DNA from: Tubulanus polymorphus
Lineage: Eukaryota > Animalia > Nemertea
DNA: 64,000 bases
NCBI RefSeq assembly: GCF_964204645.1
Contig: NC_134029.1
Location: 4,836,001-4,900,000 of the forward strand
Direction: 5' to 3'
A program made the position numbers and the translations under genes. Every line of letters begins with the position of its first letter. The stretch's first letter is position 1. Below the pieces are notes generated by a model. The model did no database searches, was not told the DNA's origin, and saw only the letters and a list, made by a program, of their open reading frames with translations. This document shows positions 15,001 to 28,026 of the stretch, in pieces.

Positions 15001-17123
15001 ACCACAGTTAACCGCCTTCTGCTCCAAACTGCGTTTTCAAGACGGTTCTTTGTGCTTTGAACGTTCCCTATCGTCGGTATCAAAATAACTCAACCTTAAG
15101 GCCTCGGAGAACTGACCAAATTATCTATTTGTTTATTAAATGTTTTTGAATTGATTTGATATATTTGCACAAATAATTGCTACAGAGATTATAAATGACA
15201 AAACGTTGTATTCGGTGTCACAATGATTTATTGGAGAAATTTGGGAAAAAACAAAAAAGCTTACGCTAGTCTCAATCCCTCACTACATACACTCGCGTTC
15301 TAGCCCCTATACGCACACCACAGTTACCTGATACACTTGTAAAGGTACAACGTAAATAAATATGTTCAGAACGCACAGATTTCTATTGATAGATTCACAG
15401 ATTTCTATCAAGAACGAGAAATACGTATAGTTTTTGAACTGTTACGAGATTTTAATGTTGTGACCTTTTTCTGATTAGCAGTAAGTTTTCGGGAGAGATC
15501 GGGTACACCGCGTCATGATTTGTCTGATCGGATCAGATGGCAACGGTGTATTTACACTTAGCGACAATTATCCAGGCAGTTGCCACAGAAAATTTCCATT
15601 CGATCGGTTCGACGTGACTGAATTATTAAACATAAACCTCATCGACAGTTTTCTGGCTGGATGTTGAGTGCAAACCTTCGGATTAGAATTTACATCATCT
15701 CCTCATTTTGTTGCTGCAGGTGCTTTGAATTTAATAAAGACGCGTTTTGAAATTAGTCGGTATTCTAAGCGAGAAAAAGAAAGACCCCAACAGCGATATT
15801 TCTGGTTGATTGGCTTGATTGCTTCGTCGTACAGCGGAATGTTGATAACACAGTGTTTTAAATATAATTCATTAAGTCCTATTTAAATAAAGCATCGGTG
15901 CCTTATTGAATTAGTTAATTTTCCGGCTCAGACGCTACTGCGATAATGACTTTTAACAGCTTTCTTTCAACAATTGAAAACTTCAGCAGACGTTGTACAT
16001 CTACTTCCCGATATGATGACGTCACAGTTATGTTTACTACGTGATGTGAAGTTATTCTTTATTTCTGTAAATGAAATTCACTAGATGTCACAAGACATCT
16101 CAGGTAAGTGGCAGAGTTACATACAATACAAATGGATTAAACTTGTCGTGAGCAAATGTAGAAGAGAAAAGCCAAAGAATGCAGTATATCCTGTAAATCT
16201 AGATGTGGAATACCTGTCTCGGATTACTCTTATGAAGTTAAGATGTTTTCTTATAGCTTCCGCTCTTTGAACTAGAGGATTTTCTAGTTCGAAAAATCCA
16301 TTTGCGATTAAGAAAAATCGTGACGAAAAATACCGTTCACTTCAAGCAAGGCATTTGAGACTTTATTTCAGATGTGCTTCCGAGCCATGAGAACTCAGCG
16401 CAACTTTTTATAACTTAATTCTGACTGGTGAATAAAACGACTATGCGACCCTCTTATACGTAATGTACATTCAAATGATATAAAGTTTCATTCCTTTCAA
16501 TGTTGCAGGTAGAAATTGAAGGCGAGACATAGATTGATACAAATCATTTTCGATGCCTCCAATTTCCATCCAACCAACAGCGGCCACCCGACGCAATAAA
16601 TCTAATAACCTATTCGATATTAAATCGTATAGAATCGAATCGCTTATAGAAAATAGTGTGAAGCAATCAGTAAAAGGCCAGAGTTGATTACGAGATACGA
16701 ATATGAAACTGCACCCGCAAAGAATACCTTCGATACGACAACAATAACGGTGCCACGGCGTATTGACGCCAGTTGAAAAGAAATAGCACTGCGCACACGT
16801 TGTAAACTCGTAACTGCGTTGGACTTTTTTTATTGCATTTACTTTAGTTTGTGGCGATGAATACTGGTTGAAATATCGGAACAATACCACAATACCCTGC
16901 TACTACTATCAGCTCAATTACTTCACTACTACAGAACCTTCAAGATAATGATTTCCCATTCACAAAATTACATCGACCGTCGAAGAAAACAAGGATTTAA
17001 TCGTCAATTTGAAGTCCCTGTGGCATTTACGGGGGAGGGGGGTGATTGGTGGAGGCATTTTTTTCTGGAAAGTAATTGGATGTAATTCTGTTAATGTCTT
17101 TGAAATATTTTTCTGATTTTTAG

Positions 17124-18910
17124 GATGAAGTGAATCAAGTTCTCACGACAAATGTTTGGTTGGAACAGGTTAGTACGTTATAACTAATTAGGGTTTTCTG
17201 ACTTTCGTCGAAAACCCTCTTGAAATTCTGTTGATTATTATTATTATATATTTTCCGCCGATTTCGTCAAATAAAATTCATCTTCATTCAGATTCGGCAA
17301 CTGACAGCTTCGAAACGGAATGTATAAATTGATACTGTAATAACGGTCTCTCTGAACCAACAGATTGTCTGAATGTACTTTCCATCCTATTTGAAACTTA
17401 AAATTACTTATTAGGTTACTGTAAATAAAGAATTGAATTGAATTGTTAGACAACAAGCACCGACGAAATAACAGTTTGTGACGTCATTTAGTAAGTAAAT
17501 AAAGGAGGGCTCCGAGAATTTCCAAATCACGGGAGACTATACTGGGTTAGACCATTCAACCAAAAAGAGGAATGCTCTGATAATATCCAAATCATCTCAT
17601 TTTATTTTTTCCATCGAATACCCGGTTATTAATTTTTCCTTTCGATCACATGCATCCAGAAAACCCGTTATAGCTGCTTTGCAGCTATATTTCTTACTAA
17701 ATTTTGATCAACAATTCTATACGATGGGTAACGATAGGTTGACTTGTTTTTCCTCTTTTCGAAAGCTTGATATTTCCCCGTACATGATAAGTCATTACTT
17801 GTTACTTGCTTGGCTCCACTTTACCGCAATATGAGAAGAGCGTGGGCCAACACAGCTTAATCAACGGCACCACCGAGCAATTAATGATTTCTATTCGACG
17901 TTGCGAAGAACTAGTGAATGATAGGGGGATTAGGGAATGGAGGGTGTAAGGCCAATTGCTTACTGATTGGGGATTAATGCAAAATTACATGCAATTTATC
18001 AGATATCGCACAAAATCGCTCGTAATGATAATCTTAACCTTACATTTCCACGTGTGTCGTAGGTAGAAAGTTAAGGCTAATGAAACGTTTGCCTTCTAGT
18101 CTCTTCGTCTATCTATCAAATCTTACTTCCAATATCAGAAGTTAAGATTAAGAATTTGTAGCGGTTCGTATTGACGATAACAGTGTTCGATTGGTGTGAA
18201 CAGAAGAGCTGGTGTGAGCATAGAACTATAACGGAATTCTATGGTGTGAAATGCCATCCGTCATTCTCGATACGGAGTCTATCTTTTTATAGGCTGGGCA
18301 TATGTGTTTGTAAAACGATCTTCTGTACCTTGATATAGTATGGGTCGCCAGTATGTCTGAGTTGGTCGATGACGAGGTCGTGCCGTCCAAAAAGTAGATG
18401 TGCTAGTGAAACTAAATCATATATGTGAAGTCTTAAGTTCATAAAACATTTGCATAATCTACAGGTTTAACTTTCATATTATAGTCCTTAATTTCTACAC
18501 CAGGGAAATCTTTAAGACATTTTGGTATTCCTGGCCAACCCTTTCGGAATGTCCTGTGGTTGTATCCCGATGGACAGATCAGTGTCACGTCTGGAGACGT
18601 CCTTCGTTCAAGGGGAATCTGGTGGAAAAATTAGCCATATTTGCCAACGAACTGCCGCATGTCCTTGAACGGTGGATAATATTGTCAATTACGTCACGGG
18701 CCCCGATTCTAGGTTGTCCCTGCACTGAACCGTTGCCACGTTACCCCGTTGGAACATGTCACGTACAAACAAGGAAAAACATGACGCATTTTCCTGAGGA
18801 TTAGAATTTAATCTCTTTCAACTATCGAAAGTTCAACATAGACAGTAAACGGGAGAAATAAAGAATTGTTTTTCGTATGAAAATTTGCTTGAATGCAACA
18901 GAATTGGAGC

Positions 18911-18957
<47 letters not shown>

Positions 18958-19047
18958 CCGTCTGTCCGTCTGTCCGTCTGTCCGTCCGTCCGTCTGTCCG
19001 TCTGTCCGTCTGTCCGTCTGTCCGTCTGTCCGTCTGTCCGTCTGTCC

Positions 19048-19088
<41 letters not shown>

Positions 19089-22000
19089 CCTGTGTGCCTG
19101 TCAGTCAGTCGGGTCTCTCTGCCCATCTGTCTGTCTACCCATCTGCCTTTTTGCCAATCTGTACCTGTCTGCCAATCTGCCACTTCAACTCGACCTCCAC
19201 CTTCCATTAAGAACTGTACAATAATTAGTGGTCAGACCTGACTAGTTTCTGAAACGCTTTACTCTCGTTTTTTCACGTTTTTGTAATGCGTTTATCACTA
19301 ACGGGGGCGAGGTTTTTCTCTGATGGTGTTTGTTTTATATTGAATCAACTCGTCACTGTGTCTTACCGATTGATAATATCACTAACGACTGTAGATCCGA
19401 CTGCAGTGCGCAAACTGGACGACATTCTTATTAGATTTGTTTGTTTGACTGATTCAATCTTTATTTCTCCCGGCGGGCTATACGTGAACGATAAACTATA
19501 TATAACCTGTCCCCAGGAGGCTTAAATCTGTTGTCATTTCCGCGCGCCGCGTATATACCAACATTTTCAGCGTAAAATTGATATCCAATCTCACGCAGTT
19601 AACTACTACGAAGTAATATCCGTCACGTCATCCATCTTCGTTTTTATTTAACATCACTGGCCGCATAACCCAATTCCACTAATTCGAACACCACGAAATG
19701 TTTAATAGATAGGAGAAAAACATGAATAATGTTAGAAAGTATTAAGAGCAATGATCTCATAAGGGTTGGAAAAGATCGCGCGAAATTTCGACCCGAACTC
19801 GGAAACTTTCATATGTTTTCTGCTCTGCTTTTTGACGATGTATTCCATGGCGGAATGATACCTACATGTGTATATACACCGTCATCAGTGTAATAAGGTG
19901 AAATCATCTCGAATTTCGATGGTCATTATTTAGAAATATCCGTCGTGTCTCTTTATCTTGCAGGAATGGATAGATGAAAGATTGAAATGGGATCCGGCTG
20001 ATTACAATGGATTGCGTGTTTTACGAGTTCCATGCAACAAAATATGGCTTCCAGATATTGTGCTTTATAACAGGTAATTGTAGATTCATGCGGTTGTTAT
20101 TAATTAGTATCGCGTTGCCTGGTGTCTTCGTTACATATAGTGACAATCGTCATTCGTGACTACAAGGAACTTGAGGAAGGTAAACAAGTATGATTTCATG
20201 GAAAAATGGTATGTCATCAGAAGCGGGTATTGTACGCGTGATTCCGGTCTAATTGGATCGGTTGGCTATCTTACCGCTGCGCACTGGAGCCCAGCCCGAC
20301 GGGCGGTGCGAGGTTGACTAAGTAATCAAACCAGCCCATAAATGCCCAAACCTCGATCAACTTAGATCTCCAGTCAGCCTACGCTTCCTTTGTAATGTGA
20401 TGATATAATACTGGCGTCTCTTGCGGATAAATCACTCCTAATACTAGTTTATTGTGGCCATTATTTGTTGATAGCAGTTCTCCGGACAATAGGCTGATTT
20501 TTCCCTGTACAGACATTCAGCCTTTATCATCTGAATGTTTGCCGATAAACCCTTGATCATCGTCGTCATGGCACTGATTTATCAGCTTTATCCCTACACT
20601 AACCTTGCTGATCGCAAAGGACCGGAATAATTGTTATTGTACTAAATGCTACACTGGACATTCTCTCACTGGCGGATAACTCCAAAACAATTGAAGTATA
20701 TGAATTGAAGGCAACCCTGTTCACATTTTGGCATCTTGAGGTCAGAAAGTTATGATTTGGTGACTGTTCATTATGCATTTTCAAATAGAATCAATAAACG
20801 TGAAGACTGGCAACGAAGCCTTAGTATAGGGTATTTTGATTTCATCAAAAATGCCCGTTTTCGTTATACTCCTTGCGTAGTAGCTTCATCGAGTAAAAAG
20901 TGACTGATTCACCCGATGCACTCACTAGCTACGAGAACTCGTAGTTCAAATAAAACCAAGTTAATCTACAAAGTACTGCCAGTCGTCACATTTACTAATT
21001 TGTCATCACGTTAACACGGCTCCTCTATACGAGCCCTCAAGAAATCAAATCTTGAAATAAATCATGACAGTTAAGTCCAACGAAGACGACACGGCATAAC
21101 ACGTGAACAACTCGTTGGATCTCGGACACGTTTTTCCCAAAACCATGTTTCTCGTTTCCGGTAAGCGCACGTGACGCGGGGAACGCTCGGAAACATGTTT
21201 TACAGTCTCCTGTTTCCGTGTTTCCATGTGACGTCTGCGTTGGGCTTAGGATTTCACCATAGAGAAAGAAATGTGTTCATCTCCAATTGTTCAAATCGTT
21301 ACAATGAACAGTCGTGGAACTGGGTCCTAGCGAATAGATAACTATTATTTCCGCCTATACGTATATTTTCTCGCCCGCGATCTATAACTATGATCGATGC
21401 AATAATTGAAGACGATTAGAGACTAGCGCAGATTGGTTCCACCAGTTATGATTTATGATAATCTCTCAACGGCGTTCTGTTGCCTCGTATAAAACACCCC
21501 GACGACGTCTGCAATTATAGACAAAGTCAGTCGTGTTTTATGTGTAGACTTAATAGACGAGAAAAGCCGTAATTACTATAACTCAATCCGATAACCATAT
21601 GGATAATTTTTACGACGTAATTTTCTAATAAGATACACGGCGCGAAATGAGATTTTGATCACAGATTGTCTGCATTTCTACCGGGCATATCGTAACCATA
21701 TAATTAATTTGAGTGAGTGCCAATTGGTTTTTCTGTTTTAATCAAAATGTTGACTTCCCTTTACCTAACTGCTACCAGTTTTTGAGTCGAGAAAGAATGA
21801 ACTCTAAGGTGTTTAAGTAATTGGTAAGGATCCCGTGGCCACTTCCTAAGCTTCCTTAAAGTACCATTGCATTCTCAGGAATAACGACATTTTACGTATG
21901 TCGGTCTGTAAAAACGGGCCCTGATTTCTACTCCTTAACAGCTGCGGAATCGGGTGCTAAAGAGAGACAGGACTGGTTAAGTGTTGCTAGAAAATGTTTA

Positions 22001-25000
22001 TCTTGTCGATTCGTCAGATCTCAGAAAAGGATTCTGCGCACGTATACGATTTATTTTTAATTTCAACATCTAATAAATTCCTGTACTTTCAGTGAAGATT
22101 CTCTTTTTTTCAGCGCTGATGATTTCACCAATGGCTACATGCAAAGTAAAGCTATGGTGACGTCTGAAGGTAACGTGTTTTGGCCTCCTCCGGCCAAACT
22201 ACGCAGCTCCTGTAAAATCGACATCACCTATTTTCCGTTCGACGACCAGAAATGTAAAATGAAATTCGGATCCTGGACGTACGACGGATTCCAAGTGGAC
22301 GTGACGAACCGGTCTCAAGATGTAGACTTGTCTAACTATGTGTTTAGCGGCGAGTGGGAACTATTAAACATTAAAGTGATAAGAAACGAAGTGAAATACG
22401 CCTGCTGCGAGGAGCCTTACCCAGATGTAACCTTCACCGTGGTTATTCGGCGTCGAACCTTGTACTACCTGTTCAATATCATATTCCCGTGTTTGTGGTT
22501 AACAGTTTTATCGCTGCTTTCGTTCTGGTTACCGCCAGATTCCGGTGAAAAGATCACACTAGGAATTACCGTGCTGCTCGCGTTTTCTGTGTTTATGTTA
22601 CTCATAGCTGAAAGTATGCCCGCTACATCGGAATTCGTGCCATTAATAGGTATGTATCGTTATCGACCGTGCTTTCCATTTCAAACAATAACACAACGTT
22701 GGTTTGGAAATAAGTCCTTGCACAACAAGAGTCAACTTGTCAAAAAGAGTTCCTTTATATCTTAGCGATTAAAAAAACGGGATCCACATAAAAAAATCTG
22801 AGGTATATATTTAGGCCTAAGTTTTCAAGATTTTAACCGGTTGAAACTGGCTCTAGGTGACAAAGTAAGAAAAGGGTTGGTAACGAAGTTCATATATCTT
22901 ATGAACTAAGTTAAACCGAATTTCAGTGAGTCGGAACTATAGTCCGAAAATAGTCGACCACGGGATTGAGCACGGTCGCTATACAATGGCCGACACTGTG
23001 GAACGCGTTACGACCCAATGATAGTGCATTTCGTTATTCGTTCCGACCAACCACTTAGCTCGAGACTACGTAAGTTTCCCTCAGCTGTTCGATGTGTCTT
23101 ACGTCCAGTCTACGCCGATTACTTGACCTTGACATTGACAAGTCCAAAACAAACGATTGGATTATAATAGAGATTATCAGGATACCAACAAACCGCTGCG
23201 AAGACGAACTCGACAAATCTCATTCTGTTATTCGTGACGAATTACCTCGGCGATGATGAGGATGGGAAAAAGAGAGAGTTTGATTAAAGACTCAATTTGC
23301 CGTCGTCAGTTCACGTCGTCCCTGTTGAGTATTTAAACATCCAACTTCCATTAACTGTTCATCAAAACAAGACATATCTCAGCGTGTAATCGCTACCAGC
23401 GGCATGTTACAATCCACGTTCATCTCCCGACAACGGTTTGAATTTTACAAAATGCATCGGAGAATCTGGCGCCGTAGGAAGTCTGCATTTTTTCTGGTAT
23501 TATGAGCTTTGACCACTATTCCGATGCTATTCTAATGCGATGTGTCCCATCGTGAACGTTAGAAATTAAGTTTAGTTCATAAAAGCGCGAAATCGGTGGA
23601 TTATCCTATTAGGGCAGCATCTTAGCTACACGTCGAAGTGAATTCCGCCCCACGTATACCCAACCAAACTTTTGAAATAATCTAGTATTTATGGAGGAGT
23701 GGTATCCCAATACAGGTATCCAGTTCACATCGTAGCTAAAAATTGCAGGGAATCCCCCATGCTTGGAATCCTCTTTTTCATCATTAATCTGTCTCCCGAG
23801 ACCTACGGATTTGATGCATATTCACAACACTTTCTAAGGAATTAACAGCTATTCCCTTCATGTTAAGCGGCCATCTTGGATATCGATGAATGACGCGAAA
23901 CATATTCAAAATGGTTTACGCTTAGCAACTGAAGTTTTCCCCGAGTATCTAGTTGTCTGATCGAAATCGTGCGTGATGCATGATGACCAACATTATATGA
24001 AATAGATGCATTTTAAAAAGATGATATCTGAATTTTTTCTGACAGTATTTTGATTGAGATGTGTTGAAAATAAAGTTCATCGCACGTCCACGGCCGGCTT
24101 AATATGACGTTATTTCATTAAATGCGGCACATCGAAGGTTACCACGCGTTCAACTCCTCCCTACCCAACGACTTAACAAGTAGTACTGATCACACGCTAA
24201 TCCGACTTGTAAAACTTCGTGAGATATTTACCCCAATCGACGCAGTAACAGTCAAATCGTATTAGCCCGAAGTTGCCCTTTGCCAATTATTGTCATCTTG
24301 CAAAGTTGACAGCAAATATCTATCGGTCAATCAGCCTGTCAGCTTGGAGTCGGATCGGTCAGTCGGGTCACCGATGCGTCAGTATTGCTAACGTCTATCA
24401 ACTGATTTCAACAATAGGTTCGCAACTTACACATTTAGTTCGCAGACGTTCTCTCAAAACGTCGATATATTCTACGCTTTCGTCGTCTTTGACACCAGTC
24501 CCTGGTGACATATTCTATGTCGCCTATGATCAGAGGATACTCGTTACACTGCCCTGTTTATCCCGTACTAATTGGAGGATGCCTCTAAGATTCTTTCATG
24601 AAGTATTTATTTTTCTAACGTAAATCCATACAGTCGATAATCACATCAAGAACGAAAGAAGGATCTTCAATAAAATTGAAAGTAACGAGTGAATAGCGAA
24701 TCCCAGTAATTTTACGCGATGACCGACGGATCAAATAAAATGTCTGTGTCATTTTCGAAAGTGAGAAAGTCTTATACAACTTATGAATAAATGTTTTATT
24801 GTCGTTGACTGTTGGCAGACACCCAGTGACAGTCAAACCTCTGAGCTCAGCTTACACAGCCAGGCTACAAGTCCAAGACCAACTAAGCTCTGTAGTCAAT
24901 CTAACAATTTAAACCAAGTCGTTCGATCGGAAAAATGAAAACGTCGATATGCAAAATCCCTCAAATCGACGGCAAAAGCACATTTCAGCCCGAAAACGTC

Positions 25001-25954
25001 GTTCGGCGCGAGAAAAGCCGTTTGCTCGTCGAGACACCACGTTTGGACTTTGAAGTTAAAACTGTGCAGCTGGGCCCTGGATCTAAAGAGCGATGAAGAT
25101 CGTGGTTGTTATAGTAATAAAAGCGAACAGGTTACTATAAATCAGCGGGATTCGATTTCGAATCGTAATTCTGGATGACTGTGTGCACGTGTAATAAATG
25201 AATCGGGATAATTCTCTGAGTGTAATGCGATATTAAAAAGATATATAGTCGTAGAAAAGACACATTCGGAATACGAGATACATTTAACATGTGTCAATTC
25301 CATGTGGAAGGTTACATCTGTGAGTTCGAATAGTCGAAAACGACTAGATCACTTTATCAACATGTATTTCCTACATTCTATTTTTTCTATTTTTCAGGGA
25401 TATATTTGACAACAACGATGGCTATGACGTCGCTGTCGATTATCTTAACGGTGTTCGTACTGCAGTTGCATCACGTCGGGCCGCATCAGAAACCGGTGCC
25501 GAAGTGGGTGCGGTTCTTCATGTTCAAAATCCTCGCTAAAATGTTGTTCATAAAACTAAACACGCGCGCCTGTGCGCCGGGGTACCATCGCTCGAGCGTG
25601 AAAGAATACCGGGACCACACTGATGGTCGTGTGCGCGAGGATATTTGCCTGACGACGTTCAGAGAACCGGTCGTCGTCGACAACTGTAACGGGCGCGTCA
25701 GTCCGATCCGACTGTCTTACGACAGAGTAGAAAACGGTACCGAACCGGGCAGCGTCACTTTCGATAAGATATCGAAACATTTGAAGCTGTTAGTCGCCAA
25801 ACAAAACTATGACGACACGTTCCAGGAGATAACCAATGACTGGAGACTCGTAGCTCACGTGATGGATCGATTTTTATTTTGGATATTTCTGTTGACGGCG
25901 TTCATGTCTTCGATAGCCATCCTCGTCATCCGGCCGTTAATGAAACCGCAATAA
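17124..25954 (+). CDS. Nicotinic acetylcholine receptor alpha subunit (alpha9/alpha10-like invertebrate clade, cation-selective); 5' partial, last four coding exons
   Basis: Exons with AG/GT ends and consistent phase: 17124-17168 (DEVNQVLTTNVWLEQ), 19964-20073 (EWIDERLKWDP...WLPDIVLYNS), 22114-22649 (Cys-loop CKIDITYFPFDDQKC, loop B GSWTY, loop C YACCEEPY, TM1-TM2 DSGEKITLGITVLLAFSVF), 25398-25954 (TM3, intracellular loop, TM4 DRFLFWIF, stop TAA). Vicinal CC defines an alpha subunit; GEK indicates a cation channel. Signal-peptide and 'RPV' exons were not found in the window. AATAAA at about 26443. Confidence 0.95.
18910..19090. repeat. Compound microsatellite (TGTC)n/(TGTCCGTC)n in a nAChR intron
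   Basis: Directly visible tandem repeat; it explains the low-complexity ORFs at 18833-19241. Confidence 0.95.
21075..21245. mobile_element. Degenerate non-autonomous DNA transposon (PIF/Harbinger-like MITE), about 170 bp
   Basis: Left end gtccaacgaagacgacac...aacacg matches the reverse complement of the right end (gcccaacgcagacgtcac...aacacg). Flanked by TAA on the left and TTA on the right; no coding capacity. Confidence 0.55.
24841..25079. mobile_element. Possible degenerate TIR element (MITE-like) in the last nAChR intron
   Basis: Left ctgagctcagcttacacag...aagtccaa resembles the reverse complement of the right end (cagggcccagctgcacag...aagtccaa). Imperfect match. Confidence 0.3.
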
Positions 25955-26604
25955 CTCCAGCCTCCTCCTTTCTGCCTATCCACGCACCGCATCATCCCTA
26001 GTATAGAGTAGAGGTATCATCTACGAAAACGCCTTTTAAAGATAAAATACGCACGTTACAGTCGTTTATGAAATAGAAAATTGTAGAAATGCCTTATTTC
26101 AAAAAACCGCATCATCGAGTGACAACGTGTAAATACGCAATCAAAAGTGACTGACGTGTAAATACGCAATTCATTGGCACCGTGTTTGTATTTGTTTCCC
26201 GATTTGTACATACTACTCGCAACTATCAATTCTTCGTATAATAATGATGATTTTGAAATTGCAAAATATTTATTTCCTATGGTCGATTTGAACGTTACAA
26301 GCCACAAAACAACGACGAATAACTCGACGTGTTCGTCGTGTGTGTTAGTAATATATATCGGGCCGAAACGCCCTGTAATAATGTAAATATTGTGAAAGGA
26401 TTAATGTAAAAATTCGTGAAATTATCTTTATTGCCTTTTTAAAATAAAATGATATGATGTTCATCGAAATTGCAGCGCTAAACTATCTGGATTTCTCAAA
26501 ATGCGCGCGACGACTGCAGACGACAGCGGTACCATTTACGAACCCGTTGGTCACAAGATGGCGGATGAGTCTGACAAAACAACCAACGTTTCGTCGGAAC
26601 ATAA

Positions 26605-26946
26605 GCTGCGATCACACGGACACGATTTGCCCCGGGCCAAATTGACACGGATCAGGCTCGGGCCAAATTTAGCCCGTGCCTAATTAGAGAGTGCTTTCAC
26701 ACGCAAACCATTCATTCGTTACTAAACAATGCTCAGACAAAGCGAAGTGGATCATTTCCGGTGCCAAATTGAAATTCAAATGCAATCATTTGTCTGGTGC
26801 TAAAATTTGGCTCAGGCCTGATCCGACGTTATTGGTCGGGCCAAATTTGGCCCGGGCCAAACAGACTCGGGCCCATTTGGCACCCGTGTGAACAGTTGTT
26901 CCGGGCCAAATTTGGCCCGGACCAAAAATGCTCGTGTGATCTCGGC
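26605..26946. mobile_element. PIF/Harbinger-type MITE (342 bp) with TAA target-site duplication and internal GGGCCAAATTTGGCCC palindromic subrepeats
   Basis: Imperfect TIRs of about 35 bp (gctgcgatcacacg...ccgggccaa / ttggcccgg...cgtgtgatctcggc). TAA at 26602-26604 and 26947-26949. A 3-bp TWA duplication is characteristic of PIF/Harbinger elements. Confidence 0.75.
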
Positions 26947-28026
26947 TAATTTGTTTCTACGGAAAACGAACCGTATATCATTTGATAACCTGGTTCAATT
27001 TATGGCCCTCACAAATCCTTTGCTCGTCAGTGACTTAAGCTTTATGTTCAGGGTCTGTTGATATCAATACATAGAACTGGAAAAGTAAATCTATTATTTG
27101 TATTTCGTCACAGAACACTGCCACTCCTTAACAAATTTTATTTGTTCAGGAACCAGCAGTGGTACGTAGTTTGACCCGATGAACGGAATTAGAACCTCTG
27201 ACCTTGCTGTCCTCTAAATCTATCATTTATTACTTACTTACACCTTGCCGTTTTTCATTCTAATAGCCATATTCAGATTCACAGTAAAACAAAACGTAAA
27301 AAACAGCAAAACAAACGTAACGTTCTTGAATAAAACCTGTACATTATGAATATACCTTTATTTTTCATCTCGATTGAACTTGAAATGTAACAATATACAA
27401 AATACATAATACATAAATGCATTGAGGATAATGTATAAAAACAACCATTCATTATCGATTAAGGTCTAGACAATATCAAGATATAGGCAAACGTAGAAAC
27501 AACAACAACAACAACAACATATAGCGTAAGAAACATAAACTATTTCGTTTCAATCCAATATACATAAAAGAGTGTGGATATGCATTTTGTCTCAACGTCC
27601 AAAATGCTGCAAAATGTAAGTTTATCGAGCCGATTGCAGAATATGTAATTAATCTATATCAATACCATATTATTCCGTTTCAACCAAACGTTGATATGCA
27701 TGTCTGTCTCGCCGTACAGCATTTAGCAAAATGTAAGTATACACAGATAGCAGAATAAATAAGAGCCCATATCACTTCAGACATCACAATACAAATCAAG
27801 GAAATACAGTTTGCAAAAACGACATGCATTGATTGCAAACTTTTACTGGACTTACTCCAACTTAAGTTGAATAGTTACTTCTTGATTTCCAGATAAATTT
27901 TTATAAGTGAAATCACTAATATCCATTCAAAATGTGATACTTTCATAATGTGTTATATTTTACATTTATTGGCATATGGGCCGTGTTTGTCTAATTCAAT
28001 TGCACACAAAAATGACGACCATATTT

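Noticed and set aside
379-16890. Many ORFs of 60-155 aa in the first 17 kb
   Set aside because: They have no recognisable domains, many have non-ATG starts, and they form no coherent exon chain; consistent with random ORFs.
18833-19241. Four overlapping ORFs of 105-124 aa
   Set aside because: They are translations of the (TGTC)n microsatellite.
22650-22765. C-terminal extension of ORF 22139-22765
   Set aside because: It is read-through into the intron after the donor at 22649; the true frame continues at 25398.
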